NCBI RefSeq assembly: GCF_009914755.1
Contig: NC_060926.1
Length of the DNA: 64,000 nt
Source: the human T2T-CHM13v2.0 reference genome, Homo sapiens
Strand: one strand, 5' to 3'
The notes beneath the pieces were generated by a model. The model ran no database searches and was not told where the DNA came from. It saw only the letters and a list, made by a program, of their open reading frames with translations. This document shows, piece by piece, positions 12,704 to 28,689 of this stretch (positions are counted from its first letter, which is position 1; every line of letters begins with the position of its first letter). The position numbers and the translations under genes are program-made.

Positions 12704-15700
12704 TGTGTATACTGACTTCTTAGCTAGGACTATCATACTCTTTTGCTTTTTTATTCTGACTTTCCTATATTCATGCCCTGCCTTGAATCATGTGTCTCTC
12801 ATAAATCTCATTTGATTATTCTTCTCAACTTTTTATATAGGTTGCATATACTTCTTCAATGTTAGCTGCTTCAGCAAGTTATTTTATCTATTTTTAACTC
12901 ATAGAAATGATAAAGAAGGGGGAAATGCACACAGGTCCTTGTAAAGGGTAATGTTAGTAAGTGTGCGCAAAATACAACATTACAAGATCCCTTCCTATGG
13001 TGAGTACAGAGAGCTGCAAATGATTTTGGTGATGCTCATTTTCAATGAAGAGGAAAGAAGGTAACCAAATTTGGGAATGTGCTATTTCTTTCATGGAGAA
13101 CCCTGTGTAAATTTTCCCAATATTTTTCTGTTTTGTCCTTTCTGAAAATGAAGAGACACTGGAAAAGATAAGTCAACATAAAAAGTATATGATTTTACAC
13201 GGTCCTCACAGTTTAAAATAAAGTTAAACAATGCTGCTGTGCTCTCAGTCCTCTTATTGCCATGCCCCCCACAAAATACAATTCATTAGTCTGCAAAGAA
13301 ATCTTAGGCAATTAGACCTATTAATGTACAAATGGCCCACAGTGCCTCCTTTCACAAAACACACTGGACAAGTATTATGGTTTTTAAGAGAGAAAGAAAA
13401 ATTGTGACTATATATCCATGGTCAGAATAATTCTGAGCTAGGTATCCACGTTTAATCTGACTCTGGTAGTTTGGAATATTCCCTTACATCACTTTCTTTT
13501 GTGCTAATGGCTTAATAAGTTTAGGATCATAAACATGAAACTGATAGACATTTGTAAATGGAGATGAATTTATCAGTCTTCTTGCTGCAAATTATTCATA
13601 TGCAGTCAGAGGTAAGTACAAGGTACAAGGTAAGTAATCAAATGATATAATGACACTATGTACACTTAAATGAATAAAAAGACACTTCAGAGTTCTCAGG
13701 GAGAAATTGCATGAGAAGCCAGTATCTTGCGGTAGAAAGAAAACTCACTTAGAAATCAGGAGACCCAAGTCTTCTCCAAGGTTTGCTAATATGTGAGTAT
13801 GGAATAATAATTTCACATATTACATTTTCTATTGTAATACTTTATTTATATACACATATTTATTTTTTGTAATACTTTCTATATAAGGCTACTCTTGAAT
13901 ATATGGTTCCAATTTTATACTCTTACCTATAATATCTAATTTTACGGTGTTTTATAGTTTTATCACAGGATACGTAGTGGTGTAATAAATTACAACTATA
14001 TTTTGGCAAATATAAAACATATTTATATAGACACATTGTTAATATGACATTATCGTCATCCTTTGAGGCACTACACTTTTCTTCAGTGTACTCACATCCA
14101 CGCTCCCTTTGTGTGGGCCTCCCAATTTTATTTATTATCTTTCTTCTTCTCTACAACCACTCTCCTAGAAAATAATTATCTTAAAGATGCCACTCCTTTA
14201 GCCAACAGTGATAAATATATCAGTATTTGTGTAGGACAGTGAGTAATAACTCATGACAGGCTTTATTTGTCTGAAATTTTGGGTTTTAAGAACCAAACAT
14301 TAAGACATGAAGCTCTGATAGCATTGCCCCATTACTCTTAATAACATCTCATCTAGTAGACAGACTAATGTGATTTTCATGGCTTTTAATTTGAAGTCCA
14401 TCAGATTACATGCATCAATAAAAAGACCCGGCATCAGAGTCTGCACAAGGCTTGGGAGAAACGGAATCTCCATAATGAAATCCCTTGAAAGGCTTATCAG
14501 TTACTAACACCAGGTAAAATGCTAAGTAACACGCAGTCAGAAAATCAATATCTATTCATGTAGACTTTTTTCTCCTGCAATAGAAAGATAACATTAACAT
14601 CCCAACATATTAAAACACTTTGTTTATACTGCTTTTGGTATGGAACTACATAATTAAAACATTTCAATCTCTGAATATTTGCAGGATGATGTGGCATGAA
14701 GCCACATGAAGTCAGAATATTCATTTGGAAGTATATAGCACAGACCTTTGGAAATCGTTTCTTTCACTTGCTGTTTGTTTCAGTCCCGTTTCTCCCTCCC
14801 TGCCCTTTGATTCCATGCCGGGGTACTTTTGGAAACTTTATGATTTCGTATGGCTTCTGCCATTACCAAACTCAGGCAGAAAAAGAGATTGCCTATCAAG
14901 AATTATTTTCTTGGTTCGGACCTGAAATTAAGACACTTGGATTTGTTAGGCGTGGTACCCTAGGAAGGCCTTTATTAAAAATAGAATATGCTGTTTTAGA
15001 AGAGGAGCCCTATTAATATTATCATGCCCATGGTCACTTTATCATGAATTTTGGTTATTAGCTTAGCAAGTATCTTTTCAAGGTCTTAAGCCCATGGATT
15101 CCAGCACTGTGTGACTGCATAATGACTTGGTCAAGGGCAAAAACATCCCTTATAGATTCTAGAATGGTCATACTGACAAATTAGAATCCTGGAAATTCTA
15201 TTTCCCTGTTCGTCTTTCTTATAACCTGCAGTACGAACACTAGTCCTACTGTTTTATGTTCTCTAGACAAAATGGTTTCCAACCTCCAAAAAATTAAACT
15301 CTGTAACAACTGTTGTATCCTGAAGTTACTTATCTGGCTAATTTACTATCTCAGAAGATGACTGAAATGTGTGTGTGTGTACTTGCACACACAGGCAGCG
15401 CAGAAATTCTTCAGCTAATCCATAGAAAATTAAACATTTTTGACTGCATAATGTGTATACTCCTTTTTCATTAATCTATCTCATATTGAGAAGAAAAAAA
15501 AATCTATACTGACTGTTGAACACATTGCTCCAAAATCCCTGAAAAACTATAAAAAGATATTCTTATTGACATAGAGCTTCTGGTGAATTCTTGACTGTCC
15601 TTAATTCACAGAAGATGCAGGGTGGGCTTTGCACGTCAAAAGACAGTGTTAGAGGGAGGTGGTTGCAATGAATTATCCTTGCTGGAACTGGAAGTTGAGG

Positions 15701-16999
15701 AGGGATAGAGAACTGACATCATTATGTCTGTAGAAATCACTTAGGGAATTGTATTTTTTGCTCTGTCGCTCTGGGCTAGCATTTCGCTTTCCATTCTTGC
15801 CATGTTAAAATCAGTGTTTTCAATAACTGATACTATTATTCCAATGCCTATAGGCTCTACCAGTCTATGGCCAACTGTTTTGTCTCTACTGATGCCATAA
15901 TAATTTTCTGTTCTCCAGAACCCACCCTAGGCTTATACATTAGAAATAACCTAATCGTGCTCTTCCCATCCAGAGTACACACTTGCTTCTTTGAGATTAG
16001 GGTATAAAAAATACTATTTCCTCATTGTCTCAGTCAAATAAACTTCTCAATAACATGATTTCCAAGAATATAACTCCTCTCTCCATAAACTGAAAGTTGC
16101 ACAACATTACAAATGTTTAGTAATTTTTTTATAATTTATCAATTCCTAGAGATAATCTCTTTATATTTATATAACTAAACTTATTATTTATTTCCAAACC
16201 ATTAAAACATGTGACCCAAGTAGTATATTGTTTCTTCTTTTAGAGTAATAAACATCAATGGCCACAACAACAATAAAAAAACTAGCAAACCATTGAAAAA
16301 TATTTTCTATATGTCAATATTGGAGTCTGTTCTCCAAACATCCCATTAAAATTAATCTGTTGACTGAAGTTGGTTGATATATGATTAAGAAAAAAATTAA
16401 TTAAAGGGATTGTTTGGGTTTGCTATGCTCTGATGGAGTATGTTGTGTGGAGCCAATGTCATATATCACTACGCATTGGTCGGTGCAGATATGCAAGTGT
16501 TTTCTGACACAAATAAAGTTATTACAAATAAACCAAGGTAACCCTAACTACAGGAAGGGGAGTGCCTACTAATCCATGAGTCATGATTCCATCTTAGCGG
16601 CTGTGTTTCACTGAAGTAAATACTAGGCTGAGTTACAGAAATTGAAGCTAATAAATATTAAATTACTTACTGAAGATGGGACAGCTGCTGCTCCAAAATA
16701 GAACTCATACCTAGGTTAGTCTGAACCACACTGGTGACTTTAATTTACTGGAGATAAAGTATAGTAAATTTTATTTATTTTTTATCATACTTTAAGTTCT
16801 AGGGTACATGTGCACAATGTACAGGCTTGTTACATATGTATACATGTGCCATGTTGGTGTCCTGCACCTACCAACTCGTCACCTACACCAGGCATTTCTC
16901 TGAATGCTATCCCTCCCCACTCCCCCGACCCCACGACAGGCCCCAGTGTGTGATGCTCCCTGCCCTGTGTCCAAGTGTTCCCCCTGTTCTACTCCCACC

Positions 17000-20816
<3,817 letters not shown>

Positions 20817-20879
20817 TATGATGTTAGCTGGTTATTTTGCTTGTTAGTTGATGCAGTTTCTTCCTAGCATCGATGGTCT

Positions 20880-21908
20880 TTACAATTTGACATGTTTTTG
20901 CAGTGGCTGGTGCCAGTTGTCCCTTTCCATGTTTAGTGCTTCCTTCAGGAGCTCTTGTAAGGCAGGCCTGGTGGTGACAAAATCTCTCAGCATTTGTTTT
21001 TCTGTAAAGGATGTTATTTCTCCTACACTTATGAAGCTTAGTTTGGCTGGATATGAAGTTCTGGGTTGAAAATTCTTTTCTTTAAGAATGTTGAATATTG
21101 GCCCCCACTCTCTTCTGGCTTGTAGAGTTTCTGCTGAGAGATCTGCTGTTAGTGTGATGGGCTTCCCCTTTGTAGGTAACCCGACCTTTCTCTCTGGCTG
21201 CCCTTAACGTTGTTTCCTTCATTTCAACCTTGGTGAATCTGACAGTTACGTGTTTTGGGGTTGCTCTTCTCAGTGAGTATCTTTGTGGTGTTCTCTGTAT
21301 TTCCGGAACTTTAATGTTGGCCTACTTTGCTAGGTTGGGGAAGTTCTCCTGGATAATATCCTGCAGAGTGTTTTCCAACTTGGTTCCATTCTCTCTGTCA
21401 CTCTCAGGAACACCAATCAGACGTAGATTTGTTCTTTTCACTAAGTCCCATATTTCTTGGAGGCTTTGTTTGTTTCTTTTTACTCTTTTTTTCTCTAAAC
21501 TTTTATTCTCATTTCATTTCATTAATTTGATCTTCAATCACTGATACCCTTTCTTCCAGTTGATCGAATGGGCTACTGAAGCTGGTGCATCTGTCGCATA
21601 GTTCTCGTGCCATGGTTTTCAGCTCCATCAGGTCCTTTAAGGTCTTCTCTATGCTGTTTACTCTAGTTAGCCATTCATCTAATCTTTTTTCAAAGTTTTA
21701 AAGCTTCCTTGCAATGGGTTCGCACATCCTCCTTTAGCTCGGAGAAGTCTGTTATTACTGATCTTCTGAAGCCTACTTCTGTCAACTTGTCAAAGTCATT
21801 CCCTGTCCAGCTTTGCTCCATTGCTGGCGAGGAGCTGCATTCCTTTGGAGGAAAAGAGGCACTCTGGTTTTTAGAATTTTCAGCTTTTCTGCTCTGGTTT
21901 CTCCCCAT
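20880..21908 (-). pseudogene. Disrupted L1 ORF1
   Basis: MGRNQSRKAENSKNQSAS... stops after 72 aa, and the remaining ORF1-like sequence continues downstream. Confidence 0.88.
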
Positions 21909-23442
21909 CTTTGTGGTTTTATCTACCTTTGGTCTTTGATGATGGTGACCTACAGATGGGGTTTTGATGTGGATGTCCTCTCTGTTGATGTTGATGCTAT
22001 TCCTTTCTGTTTATTAGTTTTCCTTCTAACAGTCAGGACCCTGAGTTTCAAGTCTGTTGGAGTTTGCTGGAGGTCCACTCCATATCCTGTTTGTCTGGGT
22101 ATTACCAGCAGAGGCTGCAGAACAGCAAATATTGCAGAACAGCAAATATTGCTGCCTGATCCTTCCTCTGAAAGCTTCGTCTCAGAGGGGCACCCACCTG
22201 TATGAGGTGTCAGTCGGCCCCTACTGGGAGGTGTCTCCCAGTTAGGCTACTTGGGAGTCAGGGACCCACTTGAGGAGGCAGTCTGTCCGTTCTCAGATCT
22301 CAAACTCTGTGCTGGGAGAGTCACTGCTCTCTTCAAAGCTCAGCTCTCCAGGCTGCCTCCTGCTGCTGCCCGATTCCGCATCTAGATTGAGCGGGAGCTG
22401 CAGTGGGCTCCACCGAAGTACAGTAAATTTTATAGAATCAGTAGGTAGATAACATTTAACTATACATGTAGAGGTAATGTCCAAAGCAACCAAATAAACA
22501 ATCATAAAAATAATGAGGAGGGGAAGTTGAAGAAGTAGAAACAGCAACTCATTATTGGTTCCAGGCACTGTTGTAGTTGTTTTACACACTTTATAATAGA
22601 ATCATCATAATACTGTAATTTTAAAGGTCACATATTTATATCCTCCTTTATCAGTGAAGAAATTGTAGTTCAGAGGTTAAGTTTCTAATACAAGGTCACA
22701 CGATGCTTTGCTGACCCAGGATTTGAACCTAGCAAAAGGTATGAGTAACTATGAGAGACTTATACTCTATACTGAGACTCCTAAAATGTTAGGAATCTGA
22801 CATTTAGATGTACATTAAAGACCTTCTACTTCATGATAGTATCTCAGGTATTTCTCAGCTAAAAAGGTCTTTTTCCATATAAAACTGAAAAGATTCTTTA
22901 AATCCATTTAGCTCCTTCAATTTGTTACTGCACTGCATCTTTCTTAGTGGATTGTTTCTACCCTTATCCTTTATAAATCATGCCATCAGCTGCAAGATTT
23001 CAGATTCACATAATATACTCTGCCTAGTAGAAAACCCCTGTAAAAAGCTTATAGACGTATCAAATACTAAATGCACAAAGCAGAGTCCACTATCGTTACC
23101 TTTATCCTAGTTCTAGTAGCACTACCTTAAACTGGTTTTAATCCTTGTATTTTCTATCTTGGTATATGTGCCAAAATCCACCTTGCCTCTCAAGTCAAAA
23201 AATGGACAGTAAATGTTGCCCACTCCCTCTATCCTGTTTTTCACATTCTACCCCTGTAGATTCTGTCTCATTTTCTCTTCTGTTTTCCCATAAGTTGGTT
23301 TACACTAGGCTTCCTTTATTTCTTGTCTGACTGAGGGAAGAACCTTGTGATTTTCTCCAAATCTGGGATTATTTTCTCCACATTTGGGTGGGCTTTACCT
23401 ATGGCTGCAGAGCTGGCTGGATCATTTACCTATCACAGAAGC

Positions 23443-23510
23443 TTAATATTCAACAAAGCCGCTTACATCTGATGACGTTAATATTCAATAAAGCCGCTTA
23501 CATCTGATGA
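23443..23510. repeat. Tandem duplication, 35-bp period, 2 copies
   Basis: TTAATATTCAA(C/T)AAAGCCGCTTACATCTGATGA at 23443-23475 and 23478-23510. Confidence 0.95.
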
Positions 23511-24528
23511 AGGCCTATAATGGCCCTGAACTCAATCTGGTCTGAATCCAACCAGGTCTACCACAGTTTTCCCTTCTTCACCTCGTGGAATGATTTTAAT
23601 GTCTTAATAAATAATATCTTCATGGAACCTGGAACTAATGCTGAAATGCCAAGAAATATGTTAGAATTTTTTACCCAGAAAGCCTAACACAATGCTGTGT
23701 ACATCTAGTACAACATTCTACACATACAACTACTTATGCTTGTTTATATCATTCTAAATTTTAATTGTTAGAGTGGTTTGTGCCATTTCTACTCATGTTG
23801 AGGTAGAATAAAAGAAATGTTATGGGTTACCTTTAGTTGATGTCAATTCCCTTGCACCTTAAACACAATAATCTCATGGTTATGTTGAAAAGGTATTTTT
23901 GGTGCCATACAGCTAGGTAATGCACATCAAATCCAATATCCTATTTGTCGGACCTCCAAAGTTAAAGGAAACATAAGTGGGTGATTTTTAGGTTACTGAC
24001 CAGCTTAGTAATAACAACAACAAAGAAAACCACAGACTCAGAAATTAAATTTGAAAAGATATATAAACTATTCAAAGTCATTAGAAGTATAAATGAAAAA
24101 GTTATTAACAAAATATACTGAATGCTTTCTTAAAATTTTTCATATAAATGTTTCTCCTAAAAGTTTCCATCTTCATATAATGGCTAATATAATCTTCCCT
24201 CTCTTGTTCCCCAAATTCTCTTCTTCTCCACTCTTCTGTTATTTACCAAAATCACTCATAAGCAGCCAACATCTATTCCCCTAATATATATTCTCACAAG
24301 GAACAACTCAGCTAACTTTCATCCTCTGCTTTTCTTCCTTCCTTGCGTCACAAACAAAGCTGGAGAGTTTGCTCAATGATCAAAAAATTCTTCCTTTTTA
24401 AAAGATGAAGATAAAGGGATAGTCAGCAAATGTTTATAATCTAACTATTTGAGGTTTTGTTTAGCTCATTCAGAAACAGATTATATATAATATGCTGCAT
24501 GATTTTATGTGTAATGTGTAAGCTCATT

Positions 24529-24584
24529 TACACACACACACACACATACACACACACACACATATATATATATACACACACACA
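24529..24584. repeat. Compound (CA)n/(TA)n microsatellite
   Basis: Directly visible. Confidence 0.95.
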
Positions 24585-27500
24585 TGTTGTTTCCTTTTTT
24601 GGTAGAAAAAGAAGCCCAATACTTTTCAATGCAACTGGCAATCAGAATCCTCAGTGAAAAATAGAGAATTTTAAAAATGACCCTACACAGACTATTTTTG
24701 TTTTATCACGCCACCCCAAAGGACAATGTCCAAATTTTGGGTTGAAAGGGAAATGGAAAAATCATTTTTTCTCAGTGGCATATTCAATGTAGACTTTTGA
24801 CAATGTCTGGCAAATTGAATAATTTCTGATTCAATTTATAATTAAAGGAATGCCTGGAACTCTCTTTTATCCCATTTTCCACACACTTTTATTCAGATAG
24901 AAACACAGCTATGTGCATCTGGCCCATTTATTGTGCTTATTTTAGAAAACAAGATAAAACACGTATATAAATCTACCCTATTATAGATTTGCCAAGGCCT
25001 GTAGTGTATTTTCTTGGAGAAAATGATTTTAGTATGGTCTTTGCTTATTAAATTCTGACAAGCATAAGTAACAGTCCCTTTTTCTGAGTGTGAAGAAAGA
25101 GGGACCTGTTCTAAGCTGGTAATGAATTGCTTTATCAATTAAATAATCACATTTATATATGATATTTGCCTGATCTCCCTAATAGTCCCTTCTCAAAGAG
25201 ATAATATAGTATAGAGGAAAAAGGAAAGTAAGTCAACTGAACTCGTTTTGTATCTTAGACTTGTAATTATGTAATTCTGAGTTATTTATTTAGAATATTT
25301 GTACCTCCACTTGTACATCTAAATAGAGACATTAATTTTCAGATTTGTTATTAATATTACATATAGTGTTCATGGAAATGTCTATTATGTAGCATAAACA
25401 GTATCTATTTACATAATCAATATACTATTTCTTTAAATGAAGACCATTTGTAGTTGAATAAAGTGAAAAACATATCAAAATAAGTGTAGAGATAAGCTAT
25501 CTAATAGCTTTTTCTTTTAGTTAGAGAAGGGGAGAAATTATCAAGAAATTACTAAGTGACTTCCAAAATTCAATTATTTGCAATATTTTCTAACTTCCAA
25601 ACCTGAGGTGTCCCATCCACAAAGTAGGCTAACATTTCTCCATTTCAATTCACTATTTCAGCATTATTCTCCTGTAACCCATGTATTCACTTTAAATGAA
25701 CAATAAAATAGCCAACAAAATGTTACGATTCTACAGGAGACAGCCTATTTATTAACAAGACAAGCAGGTATCCAAACCCTCTTTCTAGCACCATGTGATT
25801 TTTACTCACTGTCTTCTCACTGCAGCCAGTAAAAACTGAAAAGGAAGCATAATTGCTCACAGAAACAGTACGTCAATAAGGATATCTCTTGCTACTTCTC
25901 AGGGTTTCAGGAACTGTGTGATATTGATCAGAGTAATTATAGATTTGCCATTACCCTTTCAAATGTGAAATGGATGCAAAAGGCCCAATCAGTCAAAGGG
26001 TCAATGGGCAGTCATTTCTACCTAGATAGAGGTCACTTAAATGGTTTGTTCTTGGATATCACTCTTATTCCATCAATTCAGTTTCAGAAAATGAAACCGG
26101 ATGATTAAGAGGTGCCCAGCAATGTGCAACATACAGGGGATACAAGAATAAACAACATATCAGTCATGGACGGAAAGACTCTCCAGGTTAATAGAGATAA
26201 GGAGAGGTAAATTAATTTTCATCATGATAGGTGTTGTGAGACGCAGTTCAAGGAAAAGTAGTGGCATAAAAAAAGCAGAAGCAATTAACATGCAGGATAT
26301 TCTGGGGGACCATATGTGAAACGTTACCTTACAATGAGATTCTTTGATTCATTAGTAACTAAAACCTTTTAGGTGGGGTTACATACAGCCTGACTTTCTT
26401 TGTGTTAGATTTTTTTCTAATATAAATCCTGTTGCATTGGAACCTAATCTATTTTGAATCAGAGACAATAAAGAAGTGACTTTAAAAATTAGTTTCAGTA
26501 GTTTAAAAAAGGGCAAATTCAAGAAATGGGTAAGACATTCTCTGCTTATTTTGCCACTAAGCTGAAAAAAAGTCACATATTTTAATGTAAACAAAATGTG
26601 TAACATTGTTCGTGGACAAAGTCCATATTTTACCCGTCTTGTTTGTGCTATTAAACTGTCAGGATGATAAAATTCTAAACACATACAAATTTAATTTTGG
26701 CAAAGGCCCATGGCTATGATATATTAGTTGCTTTTTGCTAACATGCTGAAGTTGATGGGCACATTTTAATTTGCTCTCCAGAATGGTTGATGAGAGCTTT
26801 AGTTGTCTATGTATATAATATAGAATTCTATAAAAATATCTTTATTATTATAACACTATATCCTCTTTCAGTTGAAGTAAAAGACTATTGTGTTGGCAGT
26901 TCTTCAGAGGGAATGTAAACATTTTCTATTTTTGAGTTTCATATGATATCATAATTTTCTACATTCAGAGAATCCTATCTTGTTTCTGGGAGCAGCCCTT
27001 CTTCCCTGTCTAGTTCTTATTAGACTATACCATGAACCTTCTTGTAATAAAGGCACAGTTTCTTGAGAGCAATACAACCCTAAATGTACAAAAATGTTAG
27101 AATTAGAATTACATTCATATGCAAGTTTCTGAGATGCTCTCCTGGGTCCATTTTCATTTTAATCAGGCTTTTTTTCCCCTAATTCCTCACATGAATATTT
27201 CTATTTCTTTTGATATTAAGGTATGGATGTGGTCACATTTCTGCTATCTGCTGGATCCCTGTAAATTCTGAGTGCCAATCCTATCTTTTTAACTATTATA
27301 ACATATTTTTATGCTCTCCTTATCTTGCTTTGTTCTCTGAGCACCTCTTCTAAACCATTGAGATTCCAAACCCAGTCTCTTTAATTTGCCCTGGATTTTG
27401 GATCATTGCCCTCAGTTTCAAATTTAAGATTGGTAGATGCTACTTCAGCCTGTAATAGAGCCATAGATGATCAGCAATTAACACATATCATGAATGAGAA

Positions 27501-28394
27501 ATACATCTCTATTGTGGTAAATCATTGAGATTTTTGAGGCTTTTTGTTACTATAGCACAATCTAGTAAAAGGTGAACAATTTGAACAATCAATACCCCAG
27601 TAATACCTTTAGCTGTAGATATTTTTCTATGCCAAGAAGGAGCATTCATAAGCCAAGTAATTTATCTCTTTCCTTGTTCCATGTGGATTGGATGAATAAG
27701 TGGATTCAGGGCTGTTGTTAGCACTATGTCTATAGTCATTTGAACTGGTTTCAGTTATCTTTAAATAGAAAAGGGAAATAAGAGGCTCACTTCTTCTGTC
27801 ATTGATCCAAGGCAATGTTTTTTTAGGTTGGCAATAGCAAATTGCAAACTAGGCCAACTATTAATGACAACAAATTCTGAGTCCCCTCTGCTGGTGTTCC
27901 TTGATTATATTGTTCCATAAAACCCCTACAGAGCATGAGTCATTGGCGGGGAAGAATCTGAGAACTTCTGGATTCCCTAGCCTTCCTACAATTAAATATC
28001 ATCAGCAGAGCATTCTTCACATCTTATATCTGTCTGGTGTGAAGTTTTAATCTTTGTCATCTCTATAATAATTATTAAAACCTAAGACATGACTTAGGAA
28101 AATGTTTTTACGTGTAGCTTATTTTTTCTATAAGTTCCTTTTTATGTTTTTGTAAAAATTTTAATTTAATAGCCTATCTCAACTAGATTAATGGAAATAT
28201 AAGTACCAGATATTTTACTGTCATTTAATGTGTAAGTCAGCATTTTAAATACAGCAACATTCTGCTTGAACATGTAGGAAAAATTGGAAAGAGAATCAGT
28301 AGACTTTTGTAAAACTCAAAGGTTCCAAGTCTATTTAAATAGCTGTACTTTCCTACTGAACATTGTTCTTTTACAAATTGAATTTTTCACTTAA

Positions 28395-28610
28395 AATTCT
28401 TAAAAACAAAAAAATCAACAAATCCTGGCTCAAATAGCTTGACTGGTAAATCACTTTAAACACCTAAATAAGAATTGATAACAATTCTATGCAAATTCTT
28501 CCAGAAAATTAAAGAGAAATAAATACTTAATGTATTCTCTGAAGCCAACAGTACTCTGTCACCAAAGCCAGGAAAAAAAATTGCATGAAAAGATACAGAC
28601 CAATATCTTA
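28395..28610 (+). mobile_element. Old L1M ORF2 fragment
   Basis: CCTGGCTCAAATAGCTTGACTGGTAAAT...CCAAAGCCAGG...ATACAGACCAATATCTT resembles the ORF2 PGPDGFT...RPISL region. Confidence 0.7.
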
Positions 28611-28689
28611 TTGTGACCATGTCCTTTCATTTCTTGTGGGTAACTACCAGAAGTTATATCTTTTGTTAAGTATGTACATTTAACTTTAT

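Noticed and set aside
14696-15016. 106-aa ATG ORF just after an acceptor-like TTTGCAG
   Set aside because: No recognisable domain or supporting exon structure. Its length is compatible with chance, though I cannot exclude a non-coding exon.
22117-22152. Direct repeat GCAGAACAGCAAATATT in the L1 5' UTR
   Set aside because: As I recall, a similar internal repeat is a normal feature of L1PA 5' UTRs of this age.
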